DNA of 64,000 nucleotides from Auanema rhodensis (lineage: Eukaryota; Animalia; Nematoda), in assembly GCA_964057225.1 (NCBI GenBank), contig OZ059897.1, forward strand, positions 15,872,001-15,936,000, in the 5' to 3' direction. Each line of letters begins with the position of its first letter. Within the stretch, counting starts at the first letter, position 1. Under the pieces are notes generated by a model. It saw only the letters and a list, made by a program, of their open reading frames with translations, did not search any database and had not been told where the DNA came from. This document shows positions 41,901-54,500 of this stretch, piece by piece. The position numbers and the translations under genes were made by a program.

Positions 41901-43745
41901 ACAAATCACCAGGGAAAGAGAGAATAGTCTCAAGGGATAGATAAAGAAAAGCACATGCCAAGTGATCTCTACTAATCTTTCCAAAAATACATCTGTTAAA
42001 GAGTATCCAACATTAAGGGTTTTCACTATTTTTTTTGTTTTCTTACTATATATACTTATTGTATACTGTACTTGTATACATACATTATATCTAAAATACC
42101 GTAATATATAAAATAAAAACGTTTACCAATGAAAAATAAGTGAATTAGTTCAAAATAACCTTTTTACAAAATGATTTAGCTAAACTTTTGAACTTTATTA
42201 AAAACTTTGACCTCACTCTTCAACATTTTGGGTAGTAAAGCCTTGTGACAAGATTGAGAAAGTGATGAGCAATTGTTCTTCAATTTGAAACATGTCTTAG
42301 TGAAAAGAAATTTACGTTTTGCACGAGAGACTTTTGAAATTTGGACTTCAAATTTAATTGTTTTTCAAAGTATTATTTTATTTTAAAATCATCGATCAAA
42401 TTAAGAAAATGAATTGATGAGACGCTTCAATTACATAAACTAAAAATAAGAGATAAAAAAAGCAAAAAAAAGATAAAAATAAAACTGTTTTCTATTTTTA
42501 ACAAAAAAAATGACAAAAGAATAGTTGCTGAAGTTCTATAATGTCTATTTCAATTGAGATATAGCATTAATGAATAAGAGCTTATACACAATACTAAATG
42601 CAATATTTCGAATATGGAATTAGGTGTTCTCATAGCTTGAACTTCAGAAAAATAAGTTTCACCCTCAGTGGCGTTCTTCAAAGCAATTGTTATATCCTCA
42701 TGATTGATATAACAGTGAGATCTAGATAACGCCTCGAAAATCACAATTGCTTCACCGGAATCTCCCGATCGATCAAAAGCATTTCCAAAAATATTATATA
42801 TTATATCATTTTATCGTAGTCCTTGAATTCTTTTAGCATAATTCATTGAGTTCCGATCCCTTTAAAATATTATAACAAGGATTTTAAATGATAATATTTG
42901 TTCCAAACAACTTTATTTTAGTTTTATGTTGTCGACATGTCACCGCACAGAGGTCTTGATCGGAAAAAGCTTACAAGTGGCGAGAAAAAAACAGCAAAGT
43001 TTTCAACTTTTAGTTCAAAATAGTCAATAAAATAGTGAAATTATACTTTATATCATATTGAGATTTATTATCTACGATATCTCAATGATCAAAGGGCAAA
43101 TTAGAAAAAATAGCGTTAATCTAATTTATTTTAAGCTTAGAACTTTTTTTTGAAAAAATAAATGATTAACGAGCAAAAGAATAAAGGCTTTCGATGTTTT
43201 TTGAAGAAACAAAGATGAAACTGAAGAAAATCCAAAAATACTCAAGTATTAGATTTAACAATACGGTTATAACTCATAATTCGAAAATGTTAATAAGTAT
43301 ATTGTATACCTCTCGTTCGCCTGCTTGCTTAGCCCCACGATCTGAGGTACTACTAGAATGCCTTCTCAGTTTTGAAACAAATGAAGGTTCCGTCATTAGT
43401 AGCAAAGAAGGACCTAAAATACAATGAAATTATACAATTATTAATGTTTTCCATTATATCAAAAAGCTCACGTCGATGATCCATAGTAATAGATTGAACT
43501 CGCTGAGGTGTAGATTCATCTTCTAAAGGTTCTAGGAGCCCATTCGATCTTCGCCGTCGCATTTGGCTCTATATTCAAAAACTCGTGAAAGCATTTCTTT
43601 AAGTAAAATACAAAATTAACTTACTGGATCATCTCTTGTGATTACAGAATGTCTGAAAATATTTAAAACAATTACACATGTATGCATAGTTAAATTACCT
43701 TCTGTCTCTTTCTATTGACACTTTAAGTAATGCTGGACTCAGCAT
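38922..43745 (-). CDS. Calcineurin-like metallophosphoesterase (MPPED/239FB-like), with alternative N-termini
   Basis: Motifs RFVCIGCSHG, GDVLLIVGDFT, VIAGNNE, IYLEDS, IYGSPWQP, WAFNLPRG, DVLLTHTPPLGHGD, MGCVELL, HVFSHIHEGYG. Stop at 38924-38922. Short start ATG 40677; longer start ATG 43745 via four upstream exons. Confidence 0.82.
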
Positions 43746-46335
43746 TTTATACTAAAAATATTAGAATAAAGAAAAAATATATGCCGACTTAATTTTAAAA
43801 AACGATAACTAATATGATGAATGAAATGTTTAACAGAGAAAACAAGAAAGAAAAAACGAAACATTGACTGACTTTGATTGAAATTGATCAACAATATGAC
43901 GAATGTTGTTGATGTTAAAAAAGAAAAATGTTCATAAGTATGTTTTACAAAACTATTTTATATATCTAATATGCATAGCTACAATTCTAACTTTAAAAAA
44001 ACCACAGAAATTCAGATGAAATATTGTATGAATCATGCAGCTTGTTGTTTATTCAAGGAGGTCGGGAACGTTTTCGTAAATAACAACAGTAATTACTTAA
44101 TTTTTTCTGGAATGCATGATAAGCAGTTGTTTTATAAGAAGCTACTAATTAAACGAAAGTAAATTTAAAATTCGATAAAAGACGGGAAAAAAGAAGATAC
44201 TGAATATCCAACTAACCTGAGAACATTGTGAGGTTTTTTTGTAAAACTTCACATTAATTCAAATAATCTCGAGCAAGTGACATTTGAATCTAATTTGTAT
44301 CATAAAACAGAATGGACTCATTAAGCTTCTTTAAAGTGAATAAAGCCTAAAAGTATGCTAAGCAGAAAAAAACTTGCTGGACTCAAGAATTAGAAAAATA
44401 GTTCTCCAAGTTCTTTTCAGCAGCATATACTGATAGCTCTACAGCACATATGCAACTTTTTGCTCCAATTTACATGGTAGAAAAGTGAAAAAAACAAAAA
44501 TAAATAAATCAATCATGAAAAACAGGTGAAAGATTTATTGGCAAATATTTTTCACCTCATCCTTCACTTCATCACAGCTACGTGCTCTACCATTGGGCAC
44601 ATCAAAGAAATTCAGAAACAATAACTGTTTGATGTTATAAATTACTTTGAATTTAGTAACAACGATAATGTTATAATGGTTTGTGAATACACTGACAACT
44701 TAAATATATACTTCCTTCTTTCAGTTTTGGTAAACTAGTGGCTGATTTGATGGCGAGAACTCAGCATTACAAAAATTTTGAACATCAAAGAAGTTTTTAA
44801 GCTGTTCTTCTTTTTGCTCTCATTTTGCAGTTTCCAAGAACGTTTGAAAATACAACAAGTATATGTGAAGATGTTTTTAAACCTTATACAAAGTTTGGAA
44901 TGAAAAAACTAGAAGAAACATAAGGCTTCTTTTATTTTTTTTTGTTTTGTTTAATATTCAATAAAAGAAAGGGAACATGCGGAAAAGTTTTGAGGGTGGA
45001 GGACAAAGGGAAAGGGAGAGAGTAAGTAAAACCGAAATAAATCGAGGAAAATGACATGAGCACTGCCTCAGTTCTAATACCAATAAACTGATAGATATTA
45101 ACCTGAGGCAAGAAAACGACAAGTAAGAAGAGGAATCGGCAACACAGCAAAATTTTGACATCGTTCTGTCACAACAGTTGTCTTACCAACAGAAAACAGA
45201 GATAAATGGATGAATCTGTCAAAGAAAAAGGTAAAAACTACAACATGATAGTTTCCTTGTTAGAATCTAATTTTTGGGTAAAGATATGACATGTTGTTCT
45301 TTTAAACTTATTGCAATTTTCTTTCACGAATAATTAAAACACCTGAAATGGATATCGTAGTACATATTACCTAATCAAAAAACAATTTTTCAAATAAAAC
45401 ATGAAAACTAAACTCAATGAAAGATGTTCATTTAACCCACAAAATAATTATCAATAGTAACTGTACACACTTCAGTCCATATCCTATGATTCCCGAACCA
45501 TGAAAATTAATATAAAATCTTTTATTTTAAATTAAATATCATAATGATGGATAAGACTTTAAAATTGCAAACTGGTGCCGCTATCTAGCTCGTAGACATC
45601 TTATTGAATCTCGAAACAAATTAATTTAAAAAACAATATAAAGGGCAAATAAAATTGAGCATTTGATAAGAAACAGAAGATACTTCTGTTGAACTCTCTG
45701 CTATCAGATAGCAGTCAGCAAGCTGTGAATATACCTACTTGCGAAATGTTTGTAAGCTATAATATCTTAGAAAAAACTGTTTTCAAACTTAAAGACGACG
45801 AGCAAAAGGCGTAAATGATCACTGATTGCCACCGTGGGATGTTTGATCAAAAAAAGCTGATTAGATGTATCTGAAAGTGTCAGCTGGCTTTTTCATTGCG
45901 CTCTTTCGACCTCTTTGGGATATTCCAATGCATTAATCATATATTTTCTCGTCTCTTTTATCTTGCATCTGATTTCAGAAATGACCCTTTATCTCCTTTT
46001 TATCACCACTTCTTTTCACCATAAGATTTTATTGCAACACGATTGATTTCAAGACTTTAAGTTAAGTGAGGCAAGATTTCACCTAAATCATGAGTTTAAC
46101 ATGAGATCAATTCGGTCCAAGATAGGGTGAGAGATGCGAATTTCTAGAAAAAAACTGTTTAAAGCGTAATCACAAAGGTCAACTATCAAAAACCCCATTT
46201 TCAATTAAAATTGTGACTGTTGATAAAGTGTCTGGACATAATGATGAAATGGTCAGCTGAAAGAAAGGATATTCATTTCGAAAACCATAGAACACAATAG
46301 CTGAAGAGAAAAACAGAATCACAATCATTTTTAAT

Positions 46336-47470
46336 TTATGTGTAAGTTGCAGTATCCTTGTCAAAATGTCCAATATCTCCCATCATTTTCAACGATACTC
46401 TTCCATTAGGTCTTACTACCAGCCATGTTAAACTGCAGTTACCCAGAGAGATTCGCAGCCATCCCTCTGGAGGAAATTGCAGAGCTCTGAAATAAATTGA
46501 GTGAAGTTATTTACACATGCGAATCAAAACCTGCAAATGAAGTATCTAATCACATTAGCATGGCATACAATAATTTCATAAGAATCCTGGGTTTGTCTCG
46601 GTGAAGCTCTATGAATATGGCGACGAAAAGCTGATTCAATACGGGCTCCTTCAGAAAAGAACTCCTCAATAAAACAACTCAAACAAATATAAAATATTTG
46701 CAAAGAAAAAAGAATGAAAGCAAGATACCGAGTGAGATGGTCGGTAATGAGGTGTGTCTGGAATGGGAGGATATGGCGGACCTTCTTCTAGTAAAGAACA
46801 GGAAGATCTGAAGTAGTATTAAAAATAGTACATATACAAGAAATACTACTTCTTCAGATCAGCAGGCATTTTAGTTAAAATTAGATTCGCTGTTTCTGTA
46901 GCTCTGTTCATTGTTGACATTACGAGATTATCAAATTGAATTCCGGAAGCTGCTAATCGTTCGCCCACTTTAAGAGCTTGCTCGCGTCCTTAATGAGAAA
47001 GTTAAAATGATAGGTTTTTCTCAGAATACCCAGATCGGTCAGAAACTTAGATTCAGTTTGTAATTGATATTGACCATGCCGAATCAGAATTATATTACGT
47101 GTGGCAGTCGCCTAAATAAAATAATTTTCATAATGAATGCGCTTCAATAAAATCACAGTATTTTCTTGAAGCATTTTCTTTTTTTCCTCCTCCGAGACAA
47201 CGTTATATTTTTTTGGATCAACTAAATGACTAGGAGCACGGCTTAAAGAAATATATAAGAGCATAGTTTAAATCAACAATATATTTACAAATCCCAATTG
47301 TCATCCCAAGTTCCACGAGGAAAGTGTTCATCAAAAGAAGCGCGTTCGGTGAAAGCTGCTGACTTACTCAAGGCTTCACGGAAACCCCAGTTGTCGTTGG
47401 TATAAGCGTAACCACCAACAGCACCAGCTACTGGTACAACTACACGAAGTATTTTTTTTATTGCGGCCAT
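46336..47470 (-). CDS. pgam-5: PGAM5 mitochondrial Ser/Thr/His phosphatase
   Basis: N-terminal membrane anchor, WDDNWD (WDxNWD) motif, [70 protein letters not shown]. Confidence 0.93.
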
Positions 47471-48599
47471 ACTCTAGAAAATAAAATAAAAATTAGCAAT
47501 AAAATGTTTTATAAATTAGGGAGACTAATCATAATAAATATCACTATCCAAGTAATGGTTTTCTGTACTTTCCGATAAGAAAATAGATAAGAAACAGTGA
47601 AACAACATATCTAGATTTCTAAACTTAAAACATCATTGGTTGAAACACATCAAAAAACTGCAAAGATATTTTTCCTAGTGTAAAGTACAGGGGATTATTA
47701 TATAAGACAACTAACAAATAATCATTTTTACGCTCGTAAACGCCGTGCGTCATTGAAACCGTAGATTAATCTAAATACGATTATCATTTGTTAAAATATT
47801 AATAGGCAATGTAAAAGTATACTTGATCTTCATCGTATATATTAAAACATTCAATTGTGTTATATTCGCTAAAACACTCCTCATATATGCTGAGTATTAA
47901 AGCAGCATAACATACTACTGTACAGATGATTGTCATTAGGTTTTATTTGAACACAGGTTGTTGAGAAGATCATATATGTATTAAATCTACTACATAACCT
48001 TAAACAGACGTAATTCTATACAAAATTGTATTATAAAATATATTGGAATAAAATTACAACAAAAAAATTTCCATTTAATACTTGTTGGTTACAAAAACAA
48101 TGTTAGGTATGATTTCTTAATGCTTAGGATATTTTTTTTTGCTAAAGCAGCATGAGATTTGGGACGTATAAAATAAACGTGAATATACATAACTCAATAC
48201 CATTAACCAAATCACCTTTAATTGGATAAATAAATTTTCTCCTAACTTTAGTTTCTTGAACCTTAAGAGAGTGGAGGAGTAGTCCAACAGTATAAGATTT
48301 AATATATTTTAATTCCATTATGTACGCATATCTTCGTGTTCGTTTTTTTTTGTTGGTTTTGAATTTTGTAAACTTCACGATTTTTACGTATTTTTTTAAA
48401 TTTATGAAGTTTATTTTCTCTCAAGTCGATTCAAAAAAGATACATCTCTATTTTTACTGTTCTCTTGATTTGTTTTAGCTATTATATTGTTATTTTGATA
48501 ACTTATTAGGAATAACTTGTCAATTACAGTTGGATATTCTCTATTGTTTTCAGTATTTTAGTTTAATCATTTTTTTATTCTTTTTTATTAAAGTTTCCA

Positions 48600-51500
48600 A
48601 TGGATGATATAACCTCGGAAGAAGCTAAACCTACTGAACTATTATTGAACGAGGAAGGACTAAACCCCGTAGCTGTACCTCAAACTGCCGAAAGTGCTCC
48701 CGGTCTAGATGATCCTACTACTTCTGTGACCGAAGACGCACCTGAATTTGCTGCTATTTTTGAAGAAAATGCGTCTTATGGTAAGTTATTTAAGTTTTTT
48801 TTTGATTATTTTTTTCTTCAGAACGAGTGAACTTCACTTTGAACACGGAGTTATCAGCCGTCAAAGATCAATTAGTACAACTATCGGCACAAAAGGAACA
48901 GCTTCAACAACAGATTACTTGCATTGGTAATAAAAATTATTGTTTTTGTAGAAATATCATTTTCCAGGAAATGAATTACAAGAAAGATCTCGGCTATTCC
49001 GGCAAATGGAAGCTTCCCGAAACGAGCTTTCATTTAAATGCACTACACTGGAAGCTGAATCTATGAGGGTTAAAAATGATAAGGAAGAGAGGGATAATAT
49101 AATTAAAAATTTAACTAAAGAAAAGCATACTATAATAAGTTAGTGCTGAAACGTTGAGAGGGCTGAATCTTATATTTTCAGCTGAAAATCTCCAACTAAA
49201 AGATGAAGTTAAGAATATTGCAACGGAAAAGTCTAATCTTGCATTACAGTTACATAACTTAGAACAAGAAAAGCGAAATATTGCGGTACAATTTTGTTTT
49301 CTTCTTTTTTTTAAAATTTTGATTTCTATAGTTCGAACGAGAACGAGCTCAGACTGACAAAGCTCTTTATGAAGAATCGAAAAAGTGGTTTATGAAAGAA
49401 ATAGCTGATAAAGATAGTGCCATGACAAAACTAAGAATGGAAATTGTATTTTTCAATTATATATTAATTTTTAACTTATTTTGTTCTCAGAGTGCTATGG
49501 AAATTAAATGGCAAAATGAGCGAATGGACTATGGCAAGCAGCTGAAAGAACTCAAGATACAATCGAACAAGCTTCAGGAAATGTTGGATTTAAAAGAAGA
49601 CTCATTGTCCAAGAGCATTTCTTCCATTGAATCGGTAAGCTAAATTAATGAATTAATTAAATGTTATCAATTCGCATATTTAAAGAGAGAAGCTGATCAT
49701 CGCAAAGAGATTCAAAATCTTGAGAGGGAGATGCGCGCTAGTAAAGAACTTACAGAATTATATAAAGATTCTATGGATAAGGCTGAGCAATGCGCATCTG
49801 AGTTTAGGTAGTTGCATTTTTCAAAACACTATTAAGCTGATAATTTTAGAGAAGCTTTGAAGACCAAAGAGTCACTTGCCCAATCTACAAAGGTTTTGAT
49901 TGAAGAACTGAGACATGAGATGGAGGTTGACAAACAAAATTATATGAGTGATTTGCTTGAAAAGGATGAGCGCATTAGAGAGTTAGAAGATGAAATCCAA
50001 AAGGCTAATGAAATGTTGAAAAATAAACATGCAGGTATTGAAGGCCGGGTTATATTTAAAATTGTCGTTGCTTAGTATCGTTGAATTTAACTGAAGATGA
50101 ACTTGCCAACCTCTCACCTGCTGCAGCCGAAACTTCCAGATTTGTTAAGGGGGGCATGACTTTAACTGGAATGATGAGGTTTGTTTTATCACTAATAATG
50201 TAAATAGGTTAAGCCATTTTATAGAGAACAAGCCCGTTTAGCCGGTGAATTAGCTGCGGAGAGAGAAAGATCTTCACAATTGGAGAGTGCTATGAAAGAA
50301 ATAGTTGAAGATATTGAAAGTATTAACATTTCGTCTTAGTTTTTTAACATACACTTTTAGCAAATGCACCTCATCTTCTTCATCAAAAGCAACAGATGGA
50401 TAAATTGTTTGATGAAAATAGTAGATTGAAAGAACAATTGGAATCTGCTGATCAGAATAGATATAAGTTAGAGAGTAGTAGAGATGCCGCAATCAGAGAG
50501 TTGGCATTCACCCGAGCTGAATTAGAAAAATTCCAAAGAGATTTGATGGACTTAACAAAGAAGGTATGTATTTAATTTGAAATTTAAATTATTCGGATCT
50601 TTCAGCATCAACATCTCTTATTTGTTCTTGAGAAAGAGCGAATGGTTCGAGATACTAACAGCCCACCACCTTCAGATGACGATGATCGCTTATTGTATGA
50701 TAGCATTGTCCAACTTCAAAAGTAGGATAATGAATGTTTTCACCTTATTTCTATAATCCTTTAAGGCGTAATATGCAGCTGGAGTCTGAATTAGCTAGTG
50801 AGAAGGCTTCTGCTGGACAAGCTCTGATGGCTGCCCAAAACACTGAGTTAGTTAATTATATAATAGATTTATATTAAATTTATGAAATGAGCAGAATGGA
50901 TAAACTGAAAATTGAATTGGAAACTCATATTTCTACCAATGAAAGACTCTCTGTGCAGTTGGAGCAAATGCAAACTGCATTTGACACTGTAAGCCTTTTT
51001 ATTGTGAATTTCAAACTCACGAGATTTTAGCTTCAAGAACAGTCTAAACGCTTATCTGCGTTAGTTGAGGACAATGTTAGTGCCGCTGAAGCAAGATGCG
51101 CTCGACAAAAGGCTGAGGATGCTATAGCCGAGGTTTTTTTTCTCTAGAATTGTTTCTATTGAATGAAAGTTTCAGTTACGATCAGCCGAGATGAAGATAG
51201 CTCGTTTAGAAGAAACTGTTAATTATCTGAAAGAAGAAAAAGCTATAAATAACAAGTAAAATTTATTTGTTAGGTTGCTTTGCAGTTGCTAAACTAATAA
51301 TTTCAGAACTAGTGAAGAAAAAATAGCTGCTTATCAATCAACGATTAATGAATTGTCTCAAACAAGAGCTAAGCTAGAAGCTGAGTTTGAACAGCAAAAA
51401 CAGATAGCTCTAACATCTTCTAAGGTTCTTTTGCTTGTTTTTCATGTTACCAGTAAATATATATATATATAGGAACTCGAGCTTATTGAAAAGGAAATTT

Positions 51501-54500
51501 CACAAACTAAAAAAGATTACGAACAAGCTGTGGCTGCTGAGCAGGCTGCGAATCAAAAACTTTCAGATTTTACAGCCAAGCATATTGAAATGCATGATCA
51601 GTATACTACTTACAAGTATACCTATCCGTATTTTACCTATTTGATCATAAATGTTTAGAATTAAATACACTGTTCTTGAGGAGGAACAGAAGCAAGCGAA
51701 CCTATTGATTGGTAGATTACAAGGACAAATTGAACTCTTTAAATCCACTTCTTTCGCTGATCAACAAATGGTATTTGCTTTTTTTGTTTTGAGCATTATA
51801 ATTTTGGTTCCAGATGTCGTCATTGACTGAGTTATCTACAAGATTATCGCGAATGGAAGCTGAAAAACAAGTTCGTCTTGGTAACCAAGTAGAGGTCAGT
51901 ATCATCAGTATTTGTACTTAATTTTACATTGAAATTAGGTTATGCAAATGGAAAGTGAGACTTTGAAAACTACTGCCGCTAGAGCTACTGCTCAGCTAAC
52001 CCAAGCGAGAAATGATGCTAAAGTTCAACAGGTGCTTAGTAACCACTCTAGTTTTAAGCTATTTATGTTTTAGTACAAATTAGAGCAACATATAACCCTT
52101 CTTGGAACTCAGCTATCCGAAAAAGAAGAGCAACTTCGTGTTTCTGATTTACAACTCAATGAGTTAAAGGCTCGTTTAGCCAGCATACAATCGCAGTATT
52201 CCGGTGAAGATAATACTGATGGTATGCATATATTCATCTATAAATATTTTCCTAATTCACCCTTTAGATATGAGTCCGGAACGATTAAAGAAAGAATGCC
52301 AACAATTAAAGAACCGTGCACAATATCTTGAGAATCAATGTGAAGAATTAAAGAACAAACTTTCAGCTGCTGAAGTTGAGGTGGCTAGAAAAGAAGATGA
52401 GATGACGAAGTAAGGATTTTGACATTTATAACGTTTATAATTCTGTTTAAGACTGTTTACGCATAGTGGTAAGATGGAGACTGGTCTTGTCGAAGCTCAA
52501 AGAGTAGGCGTACTTGAGAGAGCTAGACTTGAAGACCGCGCTCAGGCGGCTGAAACGTAATTATGATCTGAAATTTATCACAAACTTAATCCCACTTGCA
52601 GAAGAGCTGATGGACTCAGTGTCACTATCAGTGAGCTACGTACCGCTCTGGATACTAAAGAGAACGAAATCGTCGACCTTCGCATTAATCATCTGAAGGT
52701 TTTACTTTCATTTCTTCCAAAAATATGAATTATTTAGAATATTAATGATCTTCAACAACGTGTTGACGTTCAAGCTCAAATTATGAGCACCAGTGAGGAT
52801 GAAATCAAAGTGTGTAAAACAACAATCGAGAACATGAAGATTGAAATGGAAAAGAAAGAAGCTGAATTTAATGCTGTAATTACTATTATAAGTGGTTTTA
52901 TCTCATTTTTTTTTGCATTAGATGGTTGATGAGGTTGCTACAGCTACTGAACAGTATGGGGATGTGCAAGCAAAATTATCATTATTGGAGGCACGTATAC
53001 AAGCAGAACAAGAAAAAGTATTCCAAGCACAGGAATCAACAAGAATCGTAAGACTTTTGTTGTTATGTATCTATGTATTTATTTAATGTTTTTAAGGCTG
53101 AAGAATGTCGTGCATCAGCGGAAAATAGCTTGGCTCAGCTCACCAAGAAAGTTGAAGAGGACGAAGTTAAATGGCAAGAAATTATTCAACAAAATAGTGC
53201 TCGTGTTGCAGAATTAATTAAGCAATATGAAGAAGTATTCAGTACATGTAAAATAACTTCAAATCTTTTTTTTTTAAGCTTATTGTCAAGTTTGGTTCTG
53301 AAGAAAGTGTAGCTCACGATCCTGAACTACCTCAATCCGTTATTTGTTCTCAACAGGGAGTCATACAGTTTTTGAGGGACGAAAAAGAAGCTGTATGGAT
53401 TATATCGTTGATTATTTCATACCCATTCATGATTTAGACCTCTAATAGAGCCATGAAGTCCGAAATAGAAGTTCTCAGATTAAGAGCCGAAGCCAGAGAG
53501 TTGTCATCTGGAAGGGACGAATTAGTGAATAAAGTGAAACGATTAGAAATTGAAGCTGGTGTTGCTGGGGAAGCTTTGGCCGAAAAAGCTCAACTAGTAT
53601 ATTTTTCTTTAAAGTTAAAATTCGAAAGTTATATTTTCAGCTCAAAAAGGTTGAAGAGTTACTCAGCTTCCAACAACAATGCGTGAGAATACAAGGTGAA
53701 AAGGAAAGACTTGTTCAAGTTTGTACCGAAAGTCAGAAGAAGGTTTTGTGTAGCAGCATAATATTGAAACGTTTGTTTGTTTTTAGGTTAAAGATTATGA
53801 GGCTGAGATTGAAAAATTGAAACAAGAAGTTGCTAGTTCTCTTCAACATGCTACTCAACAGGAGGCTCAAACTGTTAAGCTTCAAAAGGAGTTGGAAATT
53901 TTGAATGAACGGCTAGGATCCATGCGTCAAGAAAAGACAAATCAACTAGCGTATGGTTCTCGAAAAATGTTAGGTTTTCATGTTATTTTTGTAGTGCTCA
54001 AGTTGAACAGTTGACCGCAAAAGTTCAGCTTCTCACTAAAGAAAATCTGACACTCGCTGCTCAAGAGTAGGTTGACGCTTTTCTAATATTATACATTGTT
54101 TTTTTTGAGGAAGAATTATGAAGGTTACAAATCGAAATTTGAACAAGCCCGTTCTTTGGCCATCAAGTATAGAGATCAGGTTAGATTACAAATTACTTTA
54201 TTATTGTGTGATTTTCATTATTAATATTATTATTATTAGTCATGATTATTGTGAGAACAAATTAATCACTAGTAGTAGTAGGGGAATTTCTTCTATCCAA
54301 GAACACGCCCTGCTTCTCCTCCGGCGAGAAGATCGAAGAATTTACTTTTTCTATTGGGGAATAGTGGGTTATAGAATGGATCTTGTAATTTGAATTTCGG
54401 CTCAAATATAGGAAGAGGCGAAAGTGTGGGCAGATCCTTGCTTTTCTTATCTAAATAGAAATAATATAAAAAAATATTTTTTTCCAAATTACCTTCTGGA

